Shown one piece after another: positions 29,249 through 39,822 of a DNA stretch of 64,000 bases. The DNA comes from Selenomonadales bacterium. GTDB taxonomy: Bacteria > Bacillota > UBA994. Where the stretch lies: contig JAGXRZ010000001.1 in NCBI GenBank assembly GCA_018335585.1, positions 6,281-70,280 on the forward strand, written 5' to 3'. Numbering within the stretch: position 1 is the stretch's first letter; every line of letters starts with the position of its first letter. The notes under the pieces are model-generated. The model did no database searches. It had not been told where the DNA came from and saw only the letters and a program-made list of their open reading frames with translations. Made by a program: the position numbers and the translations under genes.

Positions 29249-29638
29249 CTACACTCTCCCCCGCTGCTTCGCAGCGGGAACGACACACGTCCCACTCGCG
29301 CGGCACACTAACAGCGGTTCGGGCAGCACTTCGGCGGCAGAAGGGTTGGCGGGGTCGTTAAGCGCGCGGATTACTTTGTAGGCGGCGAACGTCATCTTGC
29401 GACTGGTATTGCCTACCTTAGTAATCTCCCCGTGCGCTTCGATATAGTCTCCGGCGTAGGTTGGAGCCTTAAACTCCACGCTGTCGTAGGCCACAAACAG
29501 CCCCTCGTCTCCGTCGTGGCGGATGAGGAGCTCGGTCGCTAGGTCGCCAAACAGCGCCATTATGCGCGCGCCGTCCACTAAGTTGCCGCCGTAATGCGCG
29601 TCGTGATTGCTCATGCGCAGTCTAATCATGGTCTTCAT
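29249..29638 (-). CDS. kal: hotdog-fold protein, probable 3-aminobutyryl-CoA ammonia-lyase
   Basis: 129 aa and hotdog-like (..[27 protein letters not shown]..). Size and its position next to kce and atoDA match the lysine-fermentation kal gene. Confidence 0.55.
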   Translation of the reverse strand: MKTMIRLRMSNHDAHYGGNLVDGARIMALFGDLATELLIRHDGDEGLFVAYDSVEFKAPTYAGDYIEAHGEITKVGNTSRKMTFAAYKVIRALNDPANPSAAEVLPEPLLVCRASGTCVVPAAKQRGRV

Positions 29639-29641
29639 AAA

Positions 29642-29700
29642 GGAAAACCCCCCTGTCGCTTTCTTTCGCTAGTCAATTCGCGAAGCGCAGGGGGTTTTCC
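29642..29700 (-). terminator. Large hairpin between the S41 peptidase gene and kal (terminator-like)
   Basis: GGAAAACCCCCCTG ..32 nt.. CAGGGGGTTTTCC. On the minus strand the stem runs into TTTTCCTTTAT. Confidence 0.4.
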
Positions 29701-29763
29701 TGTTTGTAATGGAGAGTGTGGTCGCTTGTCGTTAGTCGCTCGTCGCTCGGGGAGCGCACTGCT

Positions 29764-31137
29764 TCATGGCCTTCGCGGGGGGTTCCTAAGGATGTTGACA
29801 GCACGATCTAGTTGGTTATCGACTATGCTTGGAGGAACATGTAACCTCTGGTTGAGCAGACGGATGTCCTCTACCGCTGCAACGCCATCTGCTGCGAGCC
29901 CCTCTCGCTGCTGGAATCGACTAACCGCGCTGGCCGTATTGGTGTCGTATATGCCGGTGATCTCACCCACATAGTAGCCAAGGAGCCGCAGGCCTTTCTG
30001 CAATTTCACCACTTCAGCGCTCTTGGTGCCATACCGCAATGTGGACTCCTCGGAAACGCGCTCGGCAGCTTGCGGCATGCGTGTAAACGTATTCCCGACG
30101 ATGACATTTGGAGTGAGTCCCCGCCCATCGATACGTGCTCCAGTAATATCTAGGTAATTGCCTACGGTGTAGATAATGCCCCCTAACTCGGGGCCGAGGT
30201 CGTGCCAGCGTTGAGCTGTACCCTTGCCATAGGTAATCTCCCCCACAAGCAAAGTGCCGCTATACTTCATGCCTGCGGCTAGTATCTCCGCAGCGCTGGC
30301 TGTGCCTGCGTTGACAAGGGCGACAAACGGTTTGGCAGGACCAGGCCCGGGGCTCCGTAAGGGTTGCCTTTGGCCGCGGCTTTCGACAAAACCCATTAAA
30401 CCTTGTGGCACAAAGTACTGTGTGACAGCCATAAGCGATTGCATAGAGCCGCCTTGGCAATCTCGTAAATCGAGAATGATCCCAGGGGTGTCCTTCAGGG
30501 CCTCTAGAGCGTCTTTTACGTCAGCGGCAAGGTGCTCGCCGAAGGTAAGAATTCTAATATAGCCATAGCCTTGGTGCACTCCCCAAGCAGCGGAGGGCGG
30601 GGTCACCCACTGGCGAGTCAGCGAGACTGTTTGGACGCTAGCGGGATCACCGCTGTAATAGGTGAGCCGAACTAGGGTATTTACCTCGCCGTCTAGTTGG
30701 CTCATCACCTGCGCAATGCCCAGACCCTTAATAGCCCTCCCGTCCACAGCGGTAATCACGTCGCCAATCTTTAGGCCTGCGGATAGGGCAGGGCTAGCCC
30801 TGTACAACTGCGCTATCTTGGCTCCGTCTGGAGCGATTTCAATCTTGACACCTATCCCTGGTTGCGTCCTTGTTACTTGCGACAACAACAGCCCGTAAAC
30901 CTCTGGTGGTATGTAATAGGCATGTTCGTCATCTAGAGCGTTAACGATGCCTTGCAGGGCTCCCTGGACTAAGGTCTTGCCGTCGATGTCTCTCCAGTAT
31001 TCCCTTTGCAACATATCCATGACCTGTGTTAGTACGCTATAGAGGCTGCTAGCCGTGGCCCTAGGTTGCCACAAGAAACTTGCCAGCAATAATACCAGTG
31101 CGATGCTGGCGATTAGAACTCTTGATAGTCTTCTCAT
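29764..31137 (-). CDS. S41 family C-terminal processing peptidase with PDZ and C-terminal peptidoglycan-binding domain
   Basis: N-terminal anchor, PDZ (GLKIGDVITAVDG), S41 core (NAGTASAAEI), PG_binding_1-like tail (VVKLQKGLRLLGYY..SRFQQREGL). ATG 31137 behind GAGGGGAG. Confidence 0.8.
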   Translation of the reverse strand: MRRLSRVLIASIALVLLLASFLWQPRATASSLYSVLTQVMDMLQREYWRDIDGKTLVQGALQGIVNALDDEHAYYIPPEVYGLLLSQVTRTQPGIGVKIEIAPDGAKIAQLYRASPALSAGLKIGDVITAVDGRAIKGLGIAQVMSQLDGEVNTLVRLTYYSGDPASVQTVSLTRQWVTPPSAAWGVHQGYGYIRILTFGEHLAADVKDALEALKDTPGIILDLRDCQGGSMQSLMAVTQYFVPQGLMGFVESRGQRQPLRSPGPGPAKPFVALVNAGTASAAEILAAGMKYSGTLLVGEITYGKGTAQRWHDLGPELGGIIYTVGNYLDITGARIDGRGLTPNVIVGNTFTRMPQAAERVSEESTLRYGTKSAEVVKLQKGLRLLGYYVGEITGIYDTNTASAVSRFQQREGLAADGVAAVEDIRLLNQRLHVPPSIVDNQLDRAVNILRNPPRRP

Positions 31138-31255
31138 CACAAACACTCCCCTCGCTTACTGTTATTCGCGCCGATACGCTTAATTCCTTGTGTTATGCAA
31201 ATAATCCGCTAGAACTGAGTAACGAAGCAGCAACCGCCCTGCCCTAACCCAGAGT

Positions 31256-31292
31256 GCAAAAAGGAGACCCCCTCGCGGGGGCCTCCTCTTTT
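31256..31292 (-). terminator. Rho-independent (bidirectional) terminator after the 1015-aa surface protein gene
   Basis: AGGAGaCCCCC-tcgc-GGGGGcCTCCT, flanked by an A-run on one side and a T-run on the other. Confidence 0.7.
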
Positions 31293-31303
31293 GAAGCGCT
31301 ACC

Positions 31304-34300
31304 TTATGGCCTTACGGTAAAGGTTACTTCGTCGTTGACGGGGTTCCAGTTCACGATATAGCCGAAGGTCTCAGCCAAGAAGCGGGCAGGCACCAAGGTG
31401 CGGCCGCCGGTGGCGAACGGAGCTACATCGAGGGCTACCGGGACTCCGTTTACCTTGGCAATGGTGCTATTGAGGGTGAGCTCAACATGCATGTTGCCGC
31501 GGTGGAGGGTGACGATCTCAGCGGCGCCGACAACTCTGAAGTCGACGGTGGCGTTTAAGATGCGCTCACCGAACCAGCGGAAGGGCACCATGAGGCGGCC
31601 GTTGCGCACGTTAGCGGGCACATCGAGGCCGATAGCAGGGTTAGCTCTGCCGATGGTAATGGTGTGCGCTACCGGAGCGGGGATTCTGCGGTCAATGACG
31701 ATGATGCGGTCAGTTACGTTGCCAGCTGCGTCGGTGACAGAGAGGGTGAAGGAGTTGAGGCCTTCGCGCAAGGCAACGGTGCGCATAATCGTTACGGTTG
31801 CGCCTGGGAACATCGCCACGGGTGCGCCCTCGAAGATTATGCCGGTAACCGCAACGTTGTCGCGAGCCACGATGGTGATCATCGCGTTAGCGTCGGTTGT
31901 TACGGAAGGAGCAGTTACTTCGATGGTTGGGCGAGCGGTGTCGCGTGGAGGAGCCGGGGGAGCCACAACAGGAATCGTTGCGGTTAGTGCAGTGGCTACT
32001 GCACGGTCAGGAGTAACCGAGATTCCAATCTCGGAGGCAGGCATTACGCCGGTTGTCGGGAACGACGGGACTACAACCACCTCAAGTATGCCACCGGTCG
32101 GGATGACAGGGCTAAACGTGGTTGTGCCACCAGCTACATTAGCTGGAACCGTCACACTCACAGCCCTACCGGTCAGAGCAACGCCGTGCGCGTTGTTCAA
32201 GCGAACGGTAACTGTACCGCTGCTGTCACGCACGAGGCTAGCTGGGCCGACAACCAAAGTGGCTGCATGCAAGGTGAGGTCAGTCGGAGGGGCGCCGGCT
32301 ACGGTAATGCGTACCTGCGGAGCCTGTGCTACGCCACCAACCGATAGTGCCGCAGTGTGAGCTAAAATCTGGTATTGCTGTGCGCTAGCAGAAGTAGCTG
32401 CAACATACGCGCCCCAAGCAGGAGTCGGTGTAGCTACAGCGCGCTGCTCAATAGAGGCGATGGTGGTTGTCGGAAGAGCTGCACCGTTAGGGGCGGTGAT
32501 GTTCCGAGGAGCCACGGTGATAGCGCGGGCTACTGGTACGTTAGTCCGCGGGTCGGTTACGGTCACGGTAATGACATCGCGGAACTCAGCAGTGAGTCTG
32601 CCGCCAGCGGGAGTCACGGCGACAACCGGAGCAACGGCGGTAATGGTGGTGGTGCCAATTATTGTGGCATCAGCCAACACAGCATTGTTCGCGGCAGTGA
32701 TCGTGAACGTGCCTGCGGCTGCTGCCGACAGCGATACGTTCCATACGTTCGGAGTTGCGGTAGGTACTGCGGTGACTGGCGTTGTGCCGATGAAGAAGCT
32801 CGGGGTTACGCCTGCGGCAAGACCGGTTACTGTTACCGGTACGGCTTCAGCAGCGCCACCTGCAAGCAGGGTATGGGCCAAAGTGACGGTGTAGCCAGCG
32901 GTTGCCGTAACAGCAATCGCTTGCAGTCTCTCTGGGCCAGGAGCATACACGAATGCCGTTGCTTCAGCATCCCACACTAGGTCTCTGACAGAGATGTCGA
33001 TTTGACCGATAGAGTTGAGGGTCACTTCAACGGAGTACTCACCGTTGACTACGCTTTGGCCGTGTCCTAGCGGGGTGCCGCCGCGCATCACAATGCTGTT
33101 ACCAGCAGCAGCCGCGTCCTCAAACGTGCCTGCAGTTGCCAGCCTACGGCGGAACATGGCGGGCTGACCAGCAGCAGGAACTGCGGTGAAGGTCACTTCA
33201 GCGTTGTTAATGCGGTTGCCGAGTGCATCGGTGATGATGGCGCTCAGGGCAACTACGTCGCCTCTCCGATGAGCAGTCACCGGGACAGTGATGCGGTGGA
33301 GCGGTACGGTGATTTCGCGTGTTACAGTCCCCACAAGGGCATGTGCCGCACTGTAGAACTCTACCGTTACGGTAATCACGCCAGGAGCGTTCGGGGTGAC
33401 TGTGCGGGAGCCATGATCGACCAGAGCAGTTGTAGCGGCAATTGGGCCCGCAAAAGTCGTGCGAGTGTACGCGAATGTCGGGGACACCCCGCCAACGCCT
33501 GCACCAATGCCTAGACCTGCTGCATCGAAAGCTGAGGTTAGGAGTATGGTCAGCGGCTGATGCGCAACCGGTGGATCAGGTATCCACATTACGCTGGCGT
33601 TAAAGGCAGCGCGCGGCGCAACGGTGATATGGGCGACTCCTTCCCAGTTGTCGTCAGTGTGACGTACCGTAAAACTAATCGTGCCGCTGGTTACAGCCGG
33701 GGTAGGATTCGTGACCGTAAACTGCCGGATATTGCCCGTAACGGTTGATACTGGGCCGATTGCTGCCACAGGGAGACCGTTAAAGGTTGCAGCCACGATT
33801 TGCAGGTCACTTAGGGGGACATGCGTTGTCGTTCCGCCAACAACACGCGTTACAGTCATTGGAATGTCGAGCGCGTTGTCAAGACGCCACACAACCGACG
33901 GGACGGTGGGAGTTACGGCTAGGGCTGAGCGTGCGACCGTGCCAATAGTGTGGACAAGGATCGGGGTAGCAATGCCACCGGTGGCGTTGAGCGCTGCTCC
34001 GGCGCTGTCCGCTACAATAACGCGATAGTCGCCATGTCCAGTCAAGCGAATAGCTGCATGGAAAGAGCGGTTCGCAGGCGTCTGTACGGCGGTAGCAATT
34101 GTGGCAAATGCCCCCCATGCTCCACCAATCGGCCGACGCTGCACAATAACACTGTACATCGCAGTAGGAAGAGTTGCACCAACACCGCCTACGGGGAGCA
34201 ATGCGCCCTGTAGGATGATATCGGCGTTTAAGGCAGCGGTGCCTGTCTGGGTTACCTGTAGGGTAGCAGTTGGGGTAGCAGCAAAAGTTACTCCGACGAA

Positions 34301-34351
34301 CAGAGTCGCCAGCATAGCTATGCTTAACGCAAAAGCAAGCAGTTTTTTCAT
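31304..34351 (-). CDS. large secreted cell-surface protein with Ig-like repeats and C-terminal Cu-amine-oxidase-N-like 'stalk' domain
   Basis: Signal peptide MKKLLAFALSIAMLATLFVGVTFA, T/A/V-rich beta-repeat body, C-terminus ..RLMVPFRWFGE..VNGVPVALDVAPFATGGRTLVPARFLAETFGY. Confidence 0.65.
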   Translation of the reverse strand: MKKLLAFALSIAMLATLFVGVTFAATPTATLQVTQTGTAALNADIILQGALLPVGGVGATLPTAMYSVIVQRRPIGGAWGAFATIATAVQTPANRSFHAAIRLTGHGDYRVIVADSAGAALNATGGIATPILVHTIGTVARSALAVTPTVPSVVWRLDNALDIPMTVTRVVGGTTTHVPLSDLQIVAATFNGLPVAAIGPVSTVTGNIRQFTVTNPTPAVTSGTISFTVRHTDDNWEGVAHITVAPRAAFNASVMWIPDPPVAHQPLTILLTSAFDAAGLGIGAGVGGVSPTFAYTRTTFAGPIAATTALVDHGSRTVTPNAPGVITVTVEFYSAAHALVGTVTREITVPLHRITVPVTAHRRGDVVALSAIITDALGNRINNAEVTFTAVPAAGQPAMFRRRLATAGTFEDAAAAGNSIVMRGGTPLGHGQSVVNGEYSVEVTLNSIGQIDISVRDLVWDAEATAFVYAPGPERLQAIAVTATAGYTVTLAHTLLAGGAAEAVPVTVTGLAAGVTPSFFIGTTPVTAVPTATPNVWNVSLSAAAAGTFTITAANNAVLADATIIGTTTITAVAPVVAVTPAGGRLTAEFRDVITVTVTDPRTNVPVARAITVAPRNITAPNGAALPTTTIASIEQRAVATPTPAWGAYVAATSASAQQYQILAHTAALSVGGVAQAPQVRITVAGAPPTDLTLHAATLVVGPASLVRDSSGTVTVRLNNAHGVALTGRAVSVTVPANVAGGTTTFSPVIPTGGILEVVVVPSFPTTGVMPASEIGISVTPDRAVATALTATIPVVAPPAPPRDTARPTIEVTAPSVTTDANAMITIVARDNVAVTGIIFEGAPVAMFPGATVTIMRTVALREGLNSFTLSVTDAAGNVTDRIIVIDRRIPAPVAHTITIGRANPAIGLDVPANVRNGRLMVPFRWFGERILNATVDFRVVGAAEIVTLHRGNMHVELTLNSTIAKVNGVPVALDVAPFATGGRTLVPARFLAETFGYIVNWNPVNDEVTFTVRP

Positions 34352-34653
34352 CGTTTACCTCCTAGAAATACTAGGTAATCTTGCCCGGTGCTTCCCCCAG
34401 CGGCTAACGACGCTCGACCATTCTACCCAAATAGGGTCGCCTTAGTGCAGGGTCTGTGAAAGGGCATGCTGCTAATGCACCGTAGCTGCCTTGAGTTTAT
34501 AGGACAGTGTGAGGAAACCATAGCAGCATTCGTCTTTTGTAAGCGATTTGTAATGAAATCTACGCTAGGGAACATAAGCCCCCGACCACGCAATTCAACT
34601 TGCGCGGCCGGGGCAGCTGCCGACTTCAATGTCGGCTAGGGTCTAGGGAGAGT

Positions 34654-37600
34654 CTAGGGAATCGCAGCCGTAACTACTACCGTAACCACAGCTGTGCGGC
34701 TCCCGTCCACTGTGGTAACCACGATATGGGAGAGCCCAGGAGCCACTGCCGTAACAATGCCGTTCGCACATACCCTAACCGCAGCCGGGTTAGTCGATAG
34801 CCACGTGACGGCGCGGTTAGTGGCGTGCAGTGGCAACACAACAGGAACCAATGTAACTGTACCGCCAACAGCTAGGGTATGCATGGCTGGTGTAAGTGTT
34901 ACACCAGTAACACGCACAACCCCAACCGGGGCTAGGACGGTAATAACCGCCGTAGCCGTATGGTTGCCGTCAGCGGTGGTCGCTGTGATTGTTACCGTGC
35001 CTGTGGCCATTCCAGTGACTAAGCCTGTCGCGCTGACAGTAGCCCATGCGGTATTGCTGGAGCTCCACGTGACGGTTCTGTTTGTGGCGTTAGCAGGTGC
35101 AACAGCTGCGGTGAGCTGGACAGCGCCGCCAACAGTGACGGTGGCAGTTGTCGGGGTAAGGCTAACACCTGTTACGGGCACAACCCCATCTGCTGGCGTC
35201 ACTACGACTGTAGCCAACGCCACGTGCCCACCATCAGCCGTCATAACTGCAATCTGCGCGGTGCCGGGGGCTACTGCCGTGACCAAACCGACTGCAGAGA
35301 CCGAAGCGATGGTCGGGGCGGTAGATAGCCAAGTTACTGCGCGGTTAGTGGCGTTAGCGGGGAGAACCGTGGCCGTCAACTGCGCTGTTGCCCCCACGGC
35401 GAGAGTAGATGTAGTGGGAGTTAATGTCACTCCGGTAACGCGCACACCCGCGGCTACTGGCGTAACGACGATGCTAGATACAGCGCTGTGCTGGCCGTCT
35501 ACGGTTGTGACTGTTATCTGGGCGCTACCGGCAGCAATCGCTGTGACTAAGCCCGTGGCATCTACAGTAGCGACCGCCGCGTTAGTGGAGGCCCAAGTCA
35601 CAGCTCTGTTAGTAGCGGTGGCGGGCAGAACAGTGGCCGTCAGTTGCACGTTCCCGCCGATGGAAAGAGTAGCGGTGACAGGGGATACCGTTACGCCTGT
35701 GACGGGGATAACCCCTGCGGGCGGAACCACGGTTATCGTGACAACTGCTGTGCGGTGTCCGTCGACCGTAGTAGCGGCAATATGTGCTACGCCAGGCGCG
35801 ACCGCAGTCACCAACCCGGTGCCACTCACGGTAGCTACCGACGTGTTAGTCGAAAGCCATGCCACAGCGCGGTTTGTGGCATTAGCTGGCAGGATGGTGG
35901 GTGCAAGTTGCACAGTCGCTCCACGTTCTAGTGTGTGGGCAGCTGGCGTCAGTGTAATGCCCGTTACCCTTATCGGCGGCACGACAGTAACAACGGTGCT
36001 GGCGGTGAGGCCCCCGTCCGCTGCTCTGGCCGTGATGGTGGTAGTGCCAAGCGCCACAGAGGTGACCAGGCCTGTTGCACTGACTGTAGCCACTGCCGGG
36101 TGGCTAGAAGTAAAGGTCACTGCCCGATTGGTGGCGTCGGCTGGTGTCAGTGTCGCGGTCATTTGCAGGGTTAGACCGCGGTGTAAATTGGGCGTCAGCG
36201 GTGCGATGCTGATCGCGGTGACAGGCGTTGGTACTACGGTAATACTGGCATTTGCAGCAAGGTTACCGTCAGTCGACCTAGCAGTAATTGTAGCTGTACC
36301 GAGCCCTACTGCCGTGACTAGCCCAGTTGGGGAAACAGTGGCCACTGCGGTGTCGCTTGATAGCCAGGTCACTGTTTGTACTGTAGCCGTGGGAGGGGCA
36401 ATTGTAGCGGTTAGTTGTACGGTGCCGCCTACGCGCAACTCTGCGGAGGGCGGGGTCACCATGATCCCCGCAACCGGAATTGGGCGCTCTACAGTGAACT
36501 GCCGGCTGATGGGGGTGAAAGCCGCGCCCCAAGCAGGCACACCGGCTGTTACGGTAAAGGTATTTGTGCCGAAAGTAAGCGGCAGCGTAACGTCGAATCT
36601 GCCGAATGCGTCATATGTGGCAGGGGCGCCGTTAATGGTCAGAGTCATGCCCAGCACGACAGTTCCTTGCACCCGTACTTCCGTCGTGGTGGCAAGAACC
36701 GTTGTTGCCGTAGGATTGTTGACCACGAGCCCGGTAAAGTTAAGGGTTTGCGTGCGCTCGTTGCCGGCGGCGTCACGCGCGCGCAAAGTGGCTGTGTTGT
36801 TGTCGGCGAGAGTTGCCGTTATGGACTGCGACTCAAACGTCGCCCAATCCCAGACCGCACCAGCGGGAGCCGGGGGTATGGGCATGTTTCCGCTGCGGAT
36901 GGGGACGAGCTGGTCGTTCACCCACACCGAGCCGCCGTCACTCATTACGTTGCTAATCAAGAGGTCGTCTACCGCGCCGCGAACTCGCACGCGGTTAGCA
37001 GTTGTGGTGTCGATTGCGGGGGTGACGTTGTGGAATGCTGGTGGGGTAGTGTCTATCTGGAGGCGGGCAAACCCGGGGGAAATGGTCGGGCTCGCGCTGA
37101 GGGCGGGCGTCCAGGCTGCACCCGATGTCGGTTGTACCTGAACATTGATTTGGCCAAACCGATCCGGCGAAGTGAAGCCAGTTGGTGCGGCCCCGTTCCA
37201 GACAAACGAGTACCTGCCGGGCTGCAGCGGGCCGAAGGTCGCTATCGCGACATGATAGGTGAATCCATCCGGAACTACCGGCAGGAATCCATTTAACATG
37301 ATGCGCGTGGCATGAGCCGCACGGCCTAGTACAAACGAGATGGTAGTCGTATCCTGAACACCGTCACCGTTGGGCGAGAAGGCGTCAGGCGTCGCGGTGA
37401 CTTGGCTGACCACTTGCCCGTTGACGAAGAAGAAGGGCACACGGTAGCTATCGGCAGGGTTGGCGACATTCTCCAAGACAATGTAGCCAGTGTAGTCACT
37501 GGTGCCGGGCACACTAAGTGGCAGTGCCGCGTCGACAAATAACGCCACAGGTACATTGACCCGAGCTCCTGCGCCGACTGTGACTTGAGTGGGCACAAGC

Positions 37601-39606
37601 ACTTCATAGGCGTGCGCGGGGTTAAACTTCTCCACCCGCGTGCGGAATACCGCGCTCGTCGTGCGCAGACTTTCAAGGTTAAGCATCGCCTGCGTTTCGC
37701 CCACGGTCACCTCGCGGAAGTTGAGCATGCCGGGGGCAACGCGTAGGCCCGCCGTTATGGCGTGGTGGATGTTAATCATCCCTGCACCTTGGTCAATCGG
37801 GCGGAAGGAACGTCCGTCGATGTTCACCATATTGCTCGCCGTGTTCATTAGCCCTAGGCGGATTTGTTCAGGCGTAAGCGTCGGCCTAGCCTGGAGCATC
37901 AGCGCCGCAGCACCGGCGACGTGCGGGGCGGCCATAGAAGTGCCGCTGATAGTGCCAAACCACGGGTTGCCGGGGCCTGCCACGCGCTGGAAGGCACCGC
38001 TTACGTGGCTGCCGTCAGTGCCGGGGAAGGGGTAAGCTGCAGTTATGTTCTGCCCGGGTGCCGACACATGCGGCAGAATGCCGAGCAGAGCGTCAGGACC
38101 GCGCGAACTTGACGGCGACATCAGGTGATGCTCTCCCATAGAGAAAGTCACAAACCTAGTGCCTGCAGCCATGGCGCGCAGCACCAAGCCGTCTTCGCGG
38201 CTTAGCGACAGGGTCGGGATATCTCCCAGCTGGTTATCACCTAAGGTGCCTCCAAATGTCCCGGCCACGTTGTTAAAGATAATCGCGCCGATTGCACCGG
38301 CATCACGAGCGTTGCGCGATTTAACCGCAAACGCTGCTCCGCCGCGCTCCATCAGGGCAATGCGGCCGGTGACTAAGCTGTTGCCGCCTGCATCCCTAAA
38401 ATCTGCGGGGACATTCCCTAAGCCGACCGACACGAACTCAACCGGCGTGCCTAAGGGCGCAAGAGCCGGGGAGAAGGTCATCAGCCCGCCGACAAAAGGC
38501 GCTGTGCCCCCCTGCGGCAGAACCAAAGGCTTGGGCGTGGTATCCGCCCAGCCGACGGCAATGCCGAGGCGGGTATTAGCGTATGTGCCGGTTGTACGTT
38601 CGCCAGGGCCGCTGTTGCCAGCAGAAACTGTAAACACCACGCCAGCACGGACTGCGTTGTCGACAGCGCGCGCCCATGGGGAATCCGGGTGAGCTAGCGC
38701 AGCGCCTAGACTCATGTTGGCGACATCTGCGCCTACTTGTACCGCGCGCTCAATGCCTGCCATTACGTCGGAGGAGGAACCGCTACCCCCGCGCCCGAGG
38801 ACGCGGATTATGTATAAGCTAGCCTCAGGCGCTACTGCGACCACCGTAGCGGCCACATGCGTGCCGTGCGAGGTGTTCCAGTCACGGCCTGTGGCAGGGT
38901 TGATGCCTGGGTCGTTTTTTCGCTCCATAGGGTCGTTGTCGTCATCGACAAAGTCGGTGCCGCCGATGACCTTAAATGTGGGGCCGATACCGCCACCGAG
39001 GTCGGGGTGCATGTAGTCGGCACCGGTGTCAAGCACCGCCACTAAAATGCCGCTACCCGAAAGCCCGGGCGGGATGGCCCACGCTTGCTGCGCACGTATC
39101 GCAGGAAGGCTGTGTTCTAGCCCCGTGGCCTGCATTTCGATGTCTGGGAAGACATCAATGATACCAGGTATGCTCAGAAGCTTTTTCACCTGGTTAGCAG
39201 GAACTTGCATCGCTATGCCGTTAAACGTCAGCGCGTAGCTATGACGAGTAGTAGCCGCTATTCCTGCGCCGCGCAGGGCGTCCATAACTTGCGCCCTCTT
39301 CGTATCAAGGCGCTGCAAGAGACTTCCTTGCATCGCCTGCGTCACGACAACCCCTTGGTTGTGCAGGCTTTCCTCGATGACCGCGAGCGGCTCCCCCGCC
39401 AGCTCAACGATGACTGAGATGGGTTTGCTTGATGTTAAGTCGTAGTCTACAAAGCGAGTGCGGAGAATGTCGGCCGTAGCTTGAACCTCTGCGTAGCCCA
39501 AAGGCACTGCGGCTGGCACAGCCGCGATAGCAGGTGCTATAAGGCTTGGCACTAGCACCAAAGCTGCAAGTACAGACCACAATTTTCTCCTGAATGTCTT
39601 CATCAA
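34654..39606 (-). CDS. S8 (subtilisin-like) serine protease, 1650 aa, with propeptide, PA-like insert and 7 C-terminal Big_2 domains
   Basis: Signal peptide. Catalytic VAVLDTGADY (Asp), HGTHVAATV (His), GTSMAAPHVAGAAAL (Ser). Seven copies of V(T/S)L(T/S)P..L..G..QLTATV.PA.ATN(R)AVTW.S. Confidence 0.85.
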   Translation of the reverse strand: MMKTFRRKLWSVLAALVLVPSLIAPAIAAVPAAVPLGYAEVQATADILRTRFVDYDLTSSKPISVIVELAGEPLAVIEESLHNQGVVVTQAMQGSLLQRLDTKRAQVMDALRGAGIAATTRHSYALTFNGIAMQVPANQVKKLLSIPGIIDVFPDIEMQATGLEHSLPAIRAQQAWAIPPGLSGSGILVAVLDTGADYMHPDLGGGIGPTFKVIGGTDFVDDDNDPMERKNDPGINPATGRDWNTSHGTHVAATVVAVAPEASLYIIRVLGRGGSGSSSDVMAGIERAVQVGADVANMSLGAALAHPDSPWARAVDNAVRAGVVFTVSAGNSGPGERTTGTYANTRLGIAVGWADTTPKPLVLPQGGTAPFVGGLMTFSPALAPLGTPVEFVSVGLGNVPADFRDAGGNSLVTGRIALMERGGAAFAVKSRNARDAGAIGAIIFNNVAGTFGGTLGDNQLGDIPTLSLSREDGLVLRAMAAGTRFVTFSMGEHHLMSPSSSRGPDALLGILPHVSAPGQNITAAYPFPGTDGSHVSGAFQRVAGPGNPWFGTISGTSMAAPHVAGAAALMLQARPTLTPEQIRLGLMNTASNMVNIDGRSFRPIDQGAGMINIHHAITAGLRVAPGMLNFREVTVGETQAMLNLESLRTTSAVFRTRVEKFNPAHAYEVLVPTQVTVGAGARVNVPVALFVDAALPLSVPGTSDYTGYIVLENVANPADSYRVPFFFVNGQVVSQVTATPDAFSPNGDGVQDTTTISFVLGRAAHATRIMLNGFLPVVPDGFTYHVAIATFGPLQPGRYSFVWNGAAPTGFTSPDRFGQINVQVQPTSGAAWTPALSASPTISPGFARLQIDTTPPAFHNVTPAIDTTTANRVRVRGAVDDLLISNVMSDGGSVWVNDQLVPIRSGNMPIPPAPAGAVWDWATFESQSITATLADNNTATLRARDAAGNERTQTLNFTGLVVNNPTATTVLATTTEVRVQGTVVLGMTLTINGAPATYDAFGRFDVTLPLTFGTNTFTVTAGVPAWGAAFTPISRQFTVERPIPVAGIMVTPPSAELRVGGTVQLTATIAPPTATVQTVTWLSSDTAVATVSPTGLVTAVGLGTATITARSTDGNLAANASITVVPTPVTAISIAPLTPNLHRGLTLQMTATLTPADATNRAVTFTSSHPAVATVSATGLVTSVALGTTTITARAADGGLTASTVVTVVPPIRVTGITLTPAAHTLERGATVQLAPTILPANATNRAVAWLSTNTSVATVSGTGLVTAVAPGVAHIAATTVDGHRTAVVTITVVPPAGVIPVTGVTVSPVTATLSIGGNVQLTATVLPATATNRAVTWASTNAAVATVDATGLVTAIAAGSAQITVTTVDGQHSAVSSIVVTPVAAGVRVTGVTLTPTTSTLAVGATAQLTATVLPANATNRAVTWLSTAPTIASVSAVGLVTAVAPGTAQIAVMTADGGHVALATVVVTPADGVVPVTGVSLTPTTATVTVGGAVQLTAAVAPANATNRTVTWSSSNTAWATVSATGLVTGMATGTVTITATTADGNHTATAVITVLAPVGVVRVTGVTLTPAMHTLAVGGTVTLVPVVLPLHATNRAVTWLSTNPAAVRVCANGIVTAVAPGLSHIVVTTVDGSRTAVVTVVVTAAIP
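34670..36484 (-). repeat. Seven tandem ~255-bp coding repeats (Big_2 domains) in the S8 protease gene
   Basis: Recurring ..ATNRAVTWLST..GLVTAVAPG.. modules. They also generate long spurious antisense ORFs. Confidence 0.8.
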
Positions 39607-39822
39607 ATCATCTCCTACCCCCTAATTTGTTGGCTCGTCCGTACAGCAACAACCAAAACAGCCTTCCTGCGTTCACCCCTTTCCTCAACAACTACATTAC
39701 TCCGTTGTGAAGTGTTGTCTTCTGTAGTATGATGATACCAAAATATTCTGCATTGCACTAGTGTTTCAGTAAATTCTCGCGCGATCATCCCTCTACAAAA
39801 TGAGTTAGGAGGCGAAGTAATA

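Noticed and set aside
34694-37141. 815-aa plus-strand ORF (and others such as 36415..37296 and 31398..32360) opposite the S8 protease and surface-protein genes
   Set aside because: These are antisense to genes with clear catalytic or domain signatures. Their products are low-complexity V/T/A-rich with no motifs. Long stop-free antisense frames are expected in GC-rich repetitive coding DNA.
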